Positions 1 through 9,275 of a stretch of DNA of 64,000 bases are shown here, piece after piece. This DNA comes from an uncultured virus (IMG/VR IMGVR_UViG_3300042868_008818) (Duplodnaviria > Heunggongvirae > Uroviricota > Caudoviricetes), in IMG/VR virus record IMGVR_UViG_3300042868_008818, positions 1-64,000 of that record. One strand, written 5' to 3'. How positions within the stretch are numbered: position 1 is the first letter of the stretch; every line of letters starts with the position of its first letter. Below the pieces are notes generated by a model, which saw nothing but the letters and a program-made list of their open reading frames with translations, was not told the origin of the DNA and did no database searches. The position numbers and the translations under genes were made by a program.

Positions 1-1817
1 AGGTCTCTTTCACCTGATTCAATTTTATTAATAACCTCATCTCTACGATAAGCGGTATTATCTACAATAAACTCAAGCATTTCTTCATCAGTAATATCTT
101 CAGGTTTAACTGGTTCAGGAATACAATTATGCTCTCTATCAAATAAATCAACATCATCAAAATAAAAACCTGTTTCACCAACTATTTGTTCAAACTTTGG
201 GATCATGGTATCTTCATACCATTCCTCTATTATGCTCGTCACAAAGTTTTTTCTTGCGTTAAAAATTCTCATTATCTTTTCTACTAATGTTTTTGTTATC
301 AGTAATGAACCACTATAAAATTTACCGTCTTCGTAATAGTATATTGCGGTAATAACTTCTTTACCGTTAACACACCAATCCTCACGAAGATTACCATAGT
401 TACGAGATTTTTTACCTATTTCTCTATTACCACCCTCAATATAATCATCAAGAAATAATGTGATAACTTTTCTAAGACTATCTGTAGATTTAAGGTATTT
501 TTGTCTTTTGTCTTCTTCCCTCAATACTTTTATTATGTTATTTTTATATTCATTGGATTCCCACATTTCTCGTTTATTAATATTCTCCTGTTCTTTAATA
601 TTAAAAATAAAACGTATCTTCCATTTACCAATTATTCTATCTGCAATACTATACATAAAATCATCATAATCAATCCCTCCCCAAATACCATTAAGCGTCA
701 GATTTACATCAACTTCAAACATAGGAATTCTACTTATACCTTTTTTTCTTTCTATATTTACAATAGTTATTTTATCTATAGTATCAACAACATCACAACC
801 ATCAAACGACAACCAACCAGGGAAAGTATCCGCATCAGGCACTTCACAAATATTTTTAATTTCATCAAGTGTTTGATCAACGATGTTTTGGAATGTCCCA
901 ATCATTGTTTTTTTATTTAACTTATTATCATTTGATTCTCTCATCAAATCTTTTCCTGTTCCTTCATGTTTTAATGTTATTGCATTTACAGGTATGTTTT
1001 CAAATGTCACTATATGTTTTGATCTTGATTCATAGTGTTTATCTTTGTACCACTTAACATCAGGTATTATTTCAGTATCAATTTCCCATACATCGTCATC
1101 GTATGTGGAATCAAAAGACGCTCTTTTATTTGTTGAGTTGGTTGCAAAGATTGCTGGTACACATTTTTCACCGTAACCTGCATATATTTTATAACATTCT
1201 CCGGCTCTTACTTTTAAACCTTCATTTGTTATTTTATCTCTAACCTTTGGATTAGATTTATGTATAACAATTTTGTTTGGTATTATTTCTTTACCCGCAG
1301 GGCTATATTCATCTTCCCTTAATATTCTTCTTATGGATTCCTGTAGTTTTGTTTTTGTTTTTAGTTTTTTAACTATATTATCTATCTGTGGATTTTTATT
1401 ATCTATAATATCATTAACAACATTAAATGCTTCTCTTGCTGCAAGTTTTCCTTTTTCTTTGTCTTCATAATTAAACACAACATTATACACACCTTTTTGT
1501 CCTTTAACTCCTCTTGTTCTTCCCCATCCTGTATCCATTCCAGCAAGTGTTTGTAATTCTAATGCTACGTGTTCTATAATGTGTCCCATCCAAGTTCCTT
1601 CTTTAATTCTTTTAAAAAATCCTCCTGGTTTTCCTTCTGAACATCTATGACTTTGTAATGACGGTAAATGTTCTTTTATTCTTTCGTAAAATCCTTCTAT
1701 TTTATTTGATGGTTTGTTTTCATAAACACCCAAATCTAAAACCATATGTATAAGTTTATCTTTGGACTCGCTCCATTTGTTTTTTCCATCGATAATATTG
1801 ATTGATTTTATTTTCAT
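1..1817 (-). CDS. Multi-module protein (>605 aa, runs off left edge): cyanophycin synthetase N-domain-like + ART-like + two unknown modules
   Basis: Hand translation, absent from ORF track. ATG at 1817 overlaps the upstream stop (TAATG); open to position 1. Starts MKIKSINIIDGKNKWS...LPSLQSHRCSEGKPGGFFKRIKEGTWMGHIIEHVALELQTLAGMDTGWGRTR; internal joints LQESIRRILRE, LMRES, NIIKVLREE. Confidence 0.9.
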   Translation of the reverse strand, partial: MKIKSINIIDGKNKWSESKDKLIHMVLDLGVYENKPSNKIEGFYERIKEHLPSLQSHRCSEGKPGGFFKRIKEGTWMGHIIEHVALELQTLAGMDTGWGRTRGVKGQKGVYNVVFNYEDKEKGKLAAREAFNVVNDIIDNKNPQIDNIVKKLKTKTKLQESIRRILREDEYSPAGKEIIPNKIVIHKSNPKVRDKITNEGLKVRAGECYKIYAGYGEKCVPAIFATNSTNKRASFDSTYDDDVWEIDTEIIPDVKWYKDKHYESRSKHIVTFENIPVNAITLKHEGTGKDLMRESNDNKLNKKTMIGTFQNIVDQTLDEIKNICEVPDADTFPGWLSFDGCDVVDTIDKITIVNIERKKGISRIPMFEVDVNLTLNGIWGGIDYDDFMYSIADRIIGKWKIRFIFNIKEQENINKREMWESNEYKNNIIKVLREEDKRQKYLKSTDSLRKVITLFLDDYIEGGNREIGKKSRNYGNLREDWCVNGKEVITAIYYYEDGKFYSGSLLITKTLVEKIMRIFNARKNFVTSIIEEWYEDTMIPKFEQIVGETGFYFDDVDLFDREHNCIPEPVKPEDITDEEMLEFIVDNTAYRRDEVINKIESGERD

Positions 1818-2914
1818 TATCTTTGTATTCTCCATAAATCTTTTATCATTTTTTCATACATATCGGAAACGTAGTTTACAAAATCAATTTCTTCTTGTTC
1901 TGGTAATTCATCCCAACCAATTCTATATTCTATCCACATAATCCATTCCACCGCCTTTAAAACAACTTCATATTTAAACTGTTCAAAACTTTCCGCCTCA
2001 TAAAATACTTCTTGTGCATATCTTTTAATTAGTTCTTGAACTTTATCCAAATCTATCCTCCTTTGGAAAAATGCCGATTCATTGATAGTTCCCACAGTTA
2101 ATTGTGATCTTAATGTTTGTTCATTTAAATGAAAGTATTTACCTTCTATGTCAATGTCTCTAACTTCAAGACCTGAGTTATCCTCGAACCATCTTTTAAA
2201 GACAGGAATCCATTTATTTCCAAATAATAATGTTAACCCATTGTTTACCCATTTTGTAATCACTAAAGCATATAAATAATCATACCCATCCCACTCACCA
2301 AGATAAGCATAAGCAAAGAGATCGTTTATCTCAAAGTCATAACTCCCATGTTCATTTACATCATTCCTATAAAAATCATGTAATTCTGGACCCCAATTAT
2401 AATCAGGATGATATTCTTCTTTTAAATATTGATATATAAATTCATTAAGATCTTCTCCATCAAAATCTAATATCTTTATTAATCTTTCTACACTACCAAC
2501 CGCCTTTGCCGTTTTTTTAATTCCTATACTACGAATCATTTGGAACAAATTATCTTGTATTGTTTCTTCCCTCAGTATTTTTATTACTGATTCATTTATA
2601 CCATATTTTGTTTTTATTAGGTCGTATCTTTTTTCTATTCTTTCATCATAAAATTTTCTAAGAACATAAAAAACATCATCATACCATTGTAACTCATTTG
2701 GGAGGGTATATACCAATATATTGTGTATTCCGTCTATGGTCATTGATAATATGGTATTTCTAAATGTAGCCAATGGTACAATACTACCACTTTCTTTAAG
2801 ATTTATTGAACACTTATTTGAAATCGTATCTAAACACTCGGTAAATTCCATTTCTAAATACTCAGGACTTACTCTACGTAAAATTAGATTTAATGTTTTA
2901 TCGTTTATGCTCAT
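1817..2914 (-). CDS. Multi-module hypothetical protein with internal (I/L)xE joints
   Basis: Track ORF 1817..2932; start moved to MSIND, 4 nt after TATTTAT. Internal INESVIKILREE and INESAFFQRRID. Confidence 0.8.
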   Translation of the reverse strand: MSINDKTLNLILRRVSPEYLEMEFTECLDTISNKCSINLKESGSIVPLATFRNTILSMTIDGIHNILVYTLPNELQWYDDVFYVLRKFYDERIEKRYDLIKTKYGINESVIKILREETIQDNLFQMIRSIGIKKTAKAVGSVERLIKILDFDGEDLNEFIYQYLKEEYHPDYNWGPELHDFYRNDVNEHGSYDFEINDLFAYAYLGEWDGYDYLYALVITKWVNNGLTLLFGNKWIPVFKRWFEDNSGLEVRDIDIEGKYFHLNEQTLRSQLTVGTINESAFFQRRIDLDKVQELIKRYAQEVFYEAESFEQFKYEVVLKAVEWIMWIEYRIGWDELPEQEEIDFVNYVSDMYEKMIKDLWRIQR

Positions 2915-2918
2915 ATTA

Positions 2919-2925
2919 ATAAATA
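2919..2925 (-). promoter_or_regulatory. TATTTAT putative phage (late-type) promoter, representative of about 20 copies
   Basis: Coding strand GTATTTATTAAT-ATG; same motif recurs before many genes. Confidence 0.65.
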
Positions 2926-2973
2926 CGACCATAAGATAAAACTGACTATTTTATAATTAACATAGTTGTTGTA

Positions 2974-3267
2974 TTAATAAAAATCATAATTTGTTTTATA
3001 GTACTCTACAAACTCTGATGTAATTTTTATTTTTTTTATATTAATGTTAAGTGTTGAGGATAGAAAACTTTTAATCTTGAATATGTTTGGTGTTTTAGAT
3101 ATTCTACCGAAAATACCATCTACAGGACCTAAAGTTATGACTAATTTTATGACGTATTGATCATCCCCAAAATCTTTAGGTTCTTTTGAAACATTTATTT
3201 GCACATCTTCCATTTCTTGGTAAACATGCGTATTAAGTAATTGTTTTATTAGTTTGGATTTGTCCAT
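2974..3267 (-). CDS. Hypothetical protein
   Basis: Start moved to MDKSK, 4 nt after TATATTTG. Confidence 0.7.
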   Translation of the reverse strand: MDKSKLIKQLLNTHVYQEMEDVQINVSKEPKDFGDDQYVIKLVITLGPVDGIFGRISKTPNIFKIKSFLSSTLNINIKKIKITSEFVEYYKTNYDFY

Positions 3268-3312
3268 ACAACAAATATACAAAATATTTTTTAATTTAAT
3301 AATAATATAAAT

Positions 3313-3341
3313 AAAAAACCCCATCCATGTGATGAGGTTTA
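3313..3341. terminator. Intrinsic terminator-like hairpin
   Basis: aaaaaaccccatc...gatgaggttt stem with A/T tails. Confidence 0.6.
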
Positions 3342-3476
3342 TTTTATTTTGATACCTGTAATTTTTTTGAATCTTCGTTTTAATTTCATTCTCAAATACC
3401 TATCAACAACTTTACTGATGTTCTTTTCTTTTTCTAACAACCTCATCTTTAGATCGTCCTCGGTTTTTATATACAT
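3339..3476 (-). CDS. Small basic hypothetical protein (45 aa)
   Basis: Hand translation MYIKTEDDLKMRLLEKEKNISKVVDRYLRMKLKRRFKKITGIKIK; fills the gap between gene and terminator. Confidence 0.6.
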   Translation of the reverse strand: MYIKTEDDLKMRLLEKEKNISKVVDRYLRMKLKRRFKKITGIKIK

Positions 3477-3477
3477 A

Positions 3478-3711
3478 TTAAATTAATTTAAAATTTTCTG
3501 TAGTTAACAATTTAACTATTCGTTTCTCAGATACTGAGTTAATTGCTGGTCTTGTTGCAACTTCAGTTATCCCCTTGGAAAATACTACTTGAAACTTCTC
3601 TGTGTTTTTAATGTAAAACCTTGATACATGACAGTATTCTCCTTTGTCATTAACAAAATTACCAAAAGATTTGGCCATTAATAGTTGTCCGAGTGTGATT
3701 TTATTTTCCAT
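3478..3711 (-). CDS. Hypothetical protein
   Basis: Start MENKI, 4 nt after TATCTTTG. Confidence 0.7.
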   Translation of the reverse strand: MENKITLGQLLMAKSFGNFVNDKGEYCHVSRFYIKNTEKFQVVFSKGITEVATRPAINSVSEKRIVKLLTTENFKLI

Positions 3712-3715
3712 ACCA

Positions 3716-3723
3716 CAAAGATA
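3716..3723 (-). promoter_or_regulatory. Bacteroidota-type -7 promoter element TAnnTTTG, representative of about 14 copies
   Basis: TATCTTTG-TGGT-ATG; matches the established Bacteroidota housekeeping promoter consensus. Confidence 0.75.
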
Positions 3724-3752
3724 TGTGAAATTTATTAATCCCACAAATAAAT

Positions 3753-4235
3753 TTAGTTATCTATTAAACCAAATGAATATGATTCATCTGACTCTTCTAT
3801 CTGTTCTGAATCTAACACTACCGTTGTATTTCTACCGGCGAATGCTGGTTCGTAAACCGCAACTGATTTAAATGGAAAAAATTTGTTCATTTCATCACGT
3901 AAAGTACTTATAATCCAAGATTCTAAATTACTTGCAAAAAGATTTGTTTTAAAATATATTTTAATACGTACTTTATCTGGTCTATTTCTATTAACCTCAA
4001 GAAAAGATATTTCAACATTATCAAATTCCACAAAATTAATAAAGTTTTTAACTAACATTTCTTGGGTTTCAATGTCGGTAACATCCAAATTTAATATTTT
4101 TACAACATTTTTAAATCCTCCAACAACACTAGATGCAAAATGAATACCTTTGGTTTTAAGTAAATCCCTAACACTTTTTTGAATGTCGGTATCTTCTTCC
4201 CTTAATATTTTTAATATTTTTTGATTGTCAAACAT
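3753..4235 (-). CDS. Leader-bearing hypothetical protein
   Basis: MFDNQKILKILREE; TATTTAT 5 nt upstream; shares the VGG..N..KIL helical module with 6937..7437 and 1817..2914. Confidence 0.8.
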   Translation of the reverse strand: MFDNQKILKILREEDTDIQKSVRDLLKTKGIHFASSVVGGFKNVVKILNLDVTDIETQEMLVKNFINFVEFDNVEISFLEVNRNRPDKVRIKIYFKTNLFASNLESWIISTLRDEMNKFFPFKSVAVYEPAFAGRNTTVVLDSEQIEESDESYSFGLIDN

Positions 4236-4290
4236 ATTAAATAAATACATCGTAATAATAAAAATAAACCCAACTTTTTGGTTAGGTTTA

Positions 4291-4890
4291 TTAATCCAAT
4301 GATTTTGGTAGATACAACAATGTTGGGTTCTTTTTTTGAATATCTACGTCAGGAAACTTCTCACTAAAAGTCTTAACATCAAATCTACCTGTAATCAAAT
4401 GCCACCCGTTTTTTGTTGGTATAACCGCTTCAATTTTTTTACCTTCGGGTCTAAGATAATTAATAAATTGCGATAGTTCAGTGACCGCATGAAAATCAGT
4501 TACGTCAATATCAACAATCCATCTTTTCTCTTGAGTTTTAATTTGTCCAACAACTGAATCAAATAGACCCTTTTGATTTGATACACCATCTCTAATACGT
4601 TCAGCAAGTGATGCCAACATATTTAACGATACATCTTTATGATTTTGTTTTTGTACGTGAATGTATGCTCGCGCTTTAAAGATCTCACATAGTTCTTTAA
4701 TCTCATCATACCTACGTTCCAAGTGTTCAATAGATTCAATACAATATGTTTTAATTGTACGAACTGACTGATGGTTATCTCTTTCTCCTTCAGGTTGATC
4801 TTTCTTACGTTTAAAAACATATAACATATAGAAATCCCCCTGTTCAGAAAAATTCAATAAAGGTTTAATAATTTCTAAATTGTTTATCAT
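4291..4890 (-). CDS. Phage protein with AEP/prim-pol-like motifs
   Basis: WIVDID and TKNGWHLI resemble AEP motifs I and II. Confidence 0.45.
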   Translation of the reverse strand: MINNLEIIKPLLNFSEQGDFYMLYVFKRKKDQPEGERDNHQSVRTIKTYCIESIEHLERRYDEIKELCEIFKARAYIHVQKQNHKDVSLNMLASLAERIRDGVSNQKGLFDSVVGQIKTQEKRWIVDIDVTDFHAVTELSQFINYLRPEGKKIEAVIPTKNGWHLITGRFDVKTFSEKFPDVDIQKKNPTLLYLPKSLD

Positions 4891-5194
4891 TTTTTATAAT
4901 TTTATATCCATTCAATTTCATCCACCCCAAAAAATCAAGTGCGGTCCATTTGTTTGGATCTAATTCACCTAAAGGTCCGTCACCAAACTGATCAATGAAT
5001 CCTTGGAGGATATCTTTTTCTATTTCAAATCCTCTATTTTCACTTTCATTTATTTTAATCTTAACCATTTCAATGGCACATTTTTCACATTGGACTGCCT
5101 TTTTATCTCCTGAAAAAGTATTCTTACATGTAATACAATTACAGTGATAAAATCCAGGTGCAAATCCACCTATTGGATATTTTACTTTTTCCAT
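4865..5194 (-). CDS. Hypothetical protein with Cys-rich zinc-binding motif
   Basis: CNCITC...CEKC. Confidence 0.65.
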   Translation of the reverse strand: MEKVKYPIGGFAPGFYHCNCITCKNTFSGDKKAVQCEKCAIEMVKIKINESENRGFEIEKDILQGFIDQFGDGPLGELDPNKWTALDFLGWMKLNGYKIIKNDKQFRNY

Positions 5195-5251
5195 TTTATT
5201 TAATTAACTTTACTTTCATAGGTCAAAAATACAAAACTTTTTTTAAAAAAC

Positions 5252-5285
5252 AAAATCCCACAACCTGTTAAAGTGTGGGATTTTT
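5252..5285. terminator. Intrinsic terminator-like hairpin
   Basis: aaaatccccaca...tgtgggattttt. Confidence 0.7.
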
Positions 5286-5315
5286 ATTGTTTGGTGTTGT
5301 GTTAATCTTATTGTA

Positions 5316-6524
5316 TTATATTTTTCCAAAATTAATGTAACTTGAGATATCATCTGCTTGGTCTCTTATTTTGTTAAATTCATATTGTAGTTCGTTAACC
5401 TCGTAAGTTATGTTTTTTAATTTTTTATCTAAATTTTCTTTTATTTTTAATAAATTATAGTACTTATCTTTTATCCCGTTAAATTCTAAAAATTGATCAA
5501 AACTTTTTGGTTCTATTTTCATTACTCTATAATAATTCATAACAATATCATACAATTCTAAAGTTTCTTTTACAAATCTTACAGATTTTGTTGCATTATA
5601 ACTTCTTTTTGCGGTGTTCAACACTTTGTATTTTTCTTTAAGTAAATTATCTAACTCTTCATACCTAGACTTATTAAATTCTTGTTCCTTTTTATACTGT
5701 TGATCATAATATTTTAAATAAAGATTATATGTATAATCTCTAATAAGGTTAATGAATACTCCTAAAAGATCTCTACCAATATATTTTCTAATAGTTTCAG
5801 GTTTTACTTCATCATCAATTGCATTCCAAAAAGCAAAATCACCTTTTTTACTATTTGCCAAAAAATTCTCTTTGTACCTCCAATCAGTACTTGTTGGGGG
5901 GTCGTACTGAATTGCAATTTTAAAGTAGTTTTTAGATTTTTTCTTTTCTGGTATTGGTTCTCTTAATTTATCTATAACAAAGAAAAATAAATTTGAGTCA
6001 CTATAGTTATCAAAATAATTGTTTGTGTTTGATGCAATACACCATTTAGTATTTGATCCATATTTACAGGAAGCTTCTTTATTTTTTGGTCTTACCAAAA
6101 CATACTTATCGTCCTCATATAATTTTTCAACACCGGATAATTCAAGTTCTTTTTTTGTGATTTTTGTTATTGCCTCTTCATATTTTTGTACAAATTCCTC
6201 ATAACTATATTGGTAAATGTCTTTTTTTTCAAATTTATGTTGATTTTTATCAAAATAATTAACCATTAACAATAAATCATTAATTTCTATACCTAAATTT
6301 TTTTGATCTCTTTCAATGAATACTTTTGACATCCAATTAAAATATTTTTTGGTTGCGGATGGGTCTCCATCATAAAAGTCTTCTATAACCCCATTGTATT
6401 CGTCATTAAATTTATTTTCATAATATTTAAGTAAATCGTCAAGTTTACTTTCAGATAAAATGGTCTTATTTGACAAGAAATTTGATAAACCATTAATTCT
6501 TTTTATTTCTTCTCTTAAATTCAT
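5316..6524 (-). CDS. Leader-bearing protein with ASCxYGxxTKWC domain and C-terminal coiled coil
   Basis: MNLREEIKRINGL...ILSE; RPKNKEASCKYGSNTKWCI; paralogous to 33933..34973 and 53234..55168. Confidence 0.8.
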   Translation of the reverse strand: MNLREEIKRINGLSNFLSNKTILSESKLDDLLKYYENKFNDEYNGVIEDFYDGDPSATKKYFNWMSKVFIERDQKNLGIEINDLLLMVNYFDKNQHKFEKKDIYQYSYEEFVQKYEEAITKITKKELELSGVEKLYEDDKYVLVRPKNKEASCKYGSNTKWCIASNTNNYFDNYSDSNLFFFVIDKLREPIPEKKKSKNYFKIAIQYDPPTSTDWRYKENFLANSKKGDFAFWNAIDDEVKPETIRKYIGRDLLGVFINLIRDYTYNLYLKYYDQQYKKEQEFNKSRYEELDNLLKEKYKVLNTAKRSYNATKSVRFVKETLELYDIVMNYYRVMKIEPKSFDQFLEFNGIKDKYYNLLKIKENLDKKLKNITYEVNELQYEFNKIRDQADDISSYINFGKI

Positions 6525-6556
6525 ATTAATAAATATCTTTTATATTATAAATTATC

Positions 6557-6934
6557 TTAATAATCATCTTCTTCTTCGTCCCAAGTGATAGGCTCATCAT
6601 CGTCTTCAATAGTCCCTAAATTACTATCTGATTCAACCCAAACTTCAAAAGGTGTTGATAGTCCGCAATTTTCAACATACTGAATAAAAAATTCTTCCAA
6701 ATATGAATCATCTTTAAAAATTCTAGATATTTGGTCATAGATTTCTTTTTGTACCGATAATGATTTATCTGGTTTAACTATTAAAAATATAACAGTGTTT
6801 CCCGGGGTTGCAAGATATTCCATTCCATAACGTTTGTTTTCCCAAGGTCTTAAATCCAACCTTGAGAGGAATAGTTTTGCGATCTCTTGTTTATCTATAG
6901 TTTCTTTTAATATATGTCTTATAATATCTTTCAT
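6557..6934 (-). CDS. Leader-bearing hypothetical protein
   Basis: MKDIIRHILKE. Confidence 0.8.
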   Translation of the reverse strand: MKDIIRHILKETIDKQEIAKLFLSRLDLRPWENKRYGMEYLATPGNTVIFLIVKPDKSLSVQKEIYDQISRIFKDDSYLEEFFIQYVENCGLSTPFEVWVESDSNLGTIEDDDEPITWDEEEDDY

Positions 6935-6936
6935 TT

Positions 6937-7437
6937 TTACATGTTTGTTACATCGGCCGTTAAACCATTAAAAAGGTGATACTTTATCTCTTTTAAATAT
7001 AATCTTAGATACTCATTAACAACGTCCTGTACTTCGTGTTTTATTTCATAATATAGTGGTTCATTTTCAAACAATTCCTCACCTAAAAGATTATAAGTTT
7101 CATTTGTAGTCATTATTAATTCTACCTCACCTTCAATTATTTCAAACATTATATCTAAATAATCATCTCTCATATCATGAACAATTTTGTGTATTTCAAA
7201 AACAAAATCATAACCACCTACTTGTAATGGTAATTCTAAATTACGTGTTGATATACTTTTTCCCACAAATTTTTCTCTAATTAAGGCAACAGGAGTAGTG
7301 TCAAGTATTTTTGCCAAATTATATATTCCACCAACTTTTCTACATACCATAAGAAGACCTTCATTTTCTATCATGTTATGGAACATTTTTTTTGGGTTAT
7401 ATTCTTCTTTTAAAATATTTCTTATTAGATTTTTCAT
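6937..7437 (-). CDS. Leader-bearing hypothetical protein
   Basis: MKNLIRNILKEE. Confidence 0.8.
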   Translation of the reverse strand: MKNLIRNILKEEYNPKKMFHNMIENEGLLMVCRKVGGIYNLAKILDTTPVALIREKFVGKSISTRNLELPLQVGGYDFVFEIHKIVHDMRDDYLDIMFEIIEGEVELIMTTNETYNLLGEELFENEPLYYEIKHEVQDVVNEYLRLYLKEIKYHLFNGLTADVTNM

Positions 7438-8303
7438 CCCTCTGTAATCTCTATATAATTGAAATGTTTATCTATATTAAAACCAAAGGATTCAATAACA
7501 TTATGAACAAACTGTTCAACCAATCCTACAATACCTTCTTTAAATTCATGATAAGAATAAAAATCATCAAATGGGTTATTACCTGTTGAGAAGTTTATGT
7601 CCTGCCCTGATTCTGAATCATAAAAGGTACCTTCTAATACAATAAAATTGACATCTAAATCTATATAATTTTTAGTTGGGTTTAATAGGTGTTTTTCGTC
7701 CTCTTCACTAAATTCAACTTTATCAAATTTAATAGTTAGTTTACCATCAAAAAAATCACCCATGACTTGTATCATTTCTCTTTCAGTAAATGTATTATCC
7801 ATTAGGTATTTAGTTATTATTTCAGTTCTACTATTACCATCATAACCCATATATTCCATAAAAAATAGAATTATCTCATTTTTTTTTGAACCCAATCCAA
7901 GTTTACTTATATCATATATGTTTGGTATTTTACCTTGTTTTTTTTCTTGATCCCATTTATTGAAGAAGAATTTTTTAAGTTGGTTTATATTATTAGACTC
8001 TTGTAATTGATTTTTTCCTGTTTTTCTAAAATTATAATAATACGCCTTTAATACAGGATTATAAATCTCAATCATATATTCTATGTATCCATCAACTTCC
8101 TTGGGTGGTAACTCATCTATATTGATATTGTATTTGTAATATATATAATTTTCTAATGTTTCTTTAACCAATCTCCATTTAAAATTATCAACCCCATTTG
8201 AGTCATAATAAACATATGATATACCTGTCCTCATCATTTTTTCAAATTTATGATGATCAATTCTTCTTACAAAAAAAGGCGAAATATTATGATTGTTATC
8301 CAT
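7434..8303 (-). CDS. Two-module hypothetical protein
   Basis: Start MDNNH after TATTTAT; FFVRRID module, joint LQES, then a module similar to 14488..15054. Confidence 0.8.
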   Translation of the reverse strand: MDNNHNISPFFVRRIDHHKFEKMMRTGISYVYYDSNGVDNFKWRLVKETLENYIYYKYNINIDELPPKEVDGYIEYMIEIYNPVLKAYYYNFRKTGKNQLQESNNINQLKKFFFNKWDQEKKQGKIPNIYDISKLGLGSKKNEIILFFMEYMGYDGNSRTEIITKYLMDNTFTEREMIQVMGDFFDGKLTIKFDKVEFSEEDEKHLLNPTKNYIDLDVNFIVLEGTFYDSESGQDINFSTGNNPFDDFYSYHEFKEGIVGLVEQFVHNVIESFGFNIDKHFNYIEITEG

Positions 8304-8485
8304 ATAGTATATAAATACCTTAATGAATATATTTGTCACCGTGTTTTACTCATAAATCTTTTTAATCAACTAACATGGTAAAAGATAAAAAAGAAGGTAA
8401 AAAAAGTAGAAACCCATCTTAAAGTGGATTTTTTTATTGTGATTATCCTATTGAATTTAATTTATAAAATATCTAATTTTAATTT

Positions 8486-8824
8486 ATGGATGACGTTACA
8501 AAATATTTCCCGATATTTGATAAATTTTTAAATGAAATGTCGTATGAATCTATATCCAATGTTGAGTTTATTAATGTAGAAAAGTTCTTTGACCGCACTG
8601 TTTTTATTGCCGAAACAAAGTTTGGTGAAGAGTTTGTGGTTAACCAAAGACGTATTAATTGTAAAATGGTTATTGGTGTTAATACATGTAATTACGGTTG
8701 GTCTTATAATAAAAGTTTATTAGAAAAACAATTTGTTTCGATGTTTAAAAGACAATTTAAAAGTATAGACTTTGATTATTGCCAGGTTGTTATTGAATCT
8801 GCTAATATGATTTCAAGTTATTAA
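8486..8824 (+). CDS. Hypothetical protein
   Basis: 112 aa ORF filling an otherwise empty interval. Confidence 0.65.
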   Translation: MDDVTKYFPIFDKFLNEMSYESISNVEFINVEKFFDRTVFIAETKFGEEFVVNQRRINCKMVIGVNTCNYGWSYNKSLLEKQFVSMFKRQFKSIDFDYCQVVIESANMISSY

Positions 8825-9275
8825 CAAATCTTTTTATTTCAGGATTTGATATAAATTCCTCAGTGTCTTTTTTTACTTGTTCTTGATCACATTCGTTATT
8901 ATCAAAGAACAAGTTAGGTATCCCATTACTTTCACCTTCTTTAATTGTTAGTTCTATAAAATCAGGAAGATATTTTACTGCTTCTGATTCATATTTTTCT
9001 ATTTTATTGATTACGTCATTATAATCATGTACTCCTTTTGAGTCGATATAATGATCACCTATTTTTATGTAAACGTGTATTAAATGATATTCAATAACTT
9101 CATTTGTGTCCAAGACTAATTCTTCGGCAATAACCAAATAATAAGTTATATCTTTATTGGGTAATAGTTTTTGCAATTTTTCTTTAACATTCATTGCAAA
9201 ATAATGACAAAAACCAAACTGATAATCGTAAAAATTCCGATTTTCTCTTAAAATTTTTACAATTAAGTTTTTCAT
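8802..9275 (-). CDS. Leader-bearing putative papain/transglutaminase-like cysteine hydrolase
   Basis: MKNLIVKILRE; GFCHYFA...HVYIKIGDHYIDSKG gives Cys-His-Asp in catalytic order. Confidence 0.55.
   Translation of the reverse strand: MKNLIVKILRENRNFYDYQFGFCHYFAMNVKEKLQKLLPNKDITYYLVIAEELVLDTNEVIEYHLIHVYIKIGDHYIDSKGVHDYNDVINKIEKYESEAVKYLPDFIELTIKEGESNGIPNLFFDNNECDQEQVKKDTEEFISNPEIKRFVNNLKSY

Noticed and set aside
460..1470. Plus-strand ORFs 460-669, 501-920, 869-1057, 1273-1470
   Set aside because: Antisense shadows of the long minus-strand ORF <1..1817.
1..1817. Complete cyanophycin synthetase (cphA)
   Set aside because: Only the N domain matches; the following ~460 aa show no ATP-grasp or Mur-ligase motifs.
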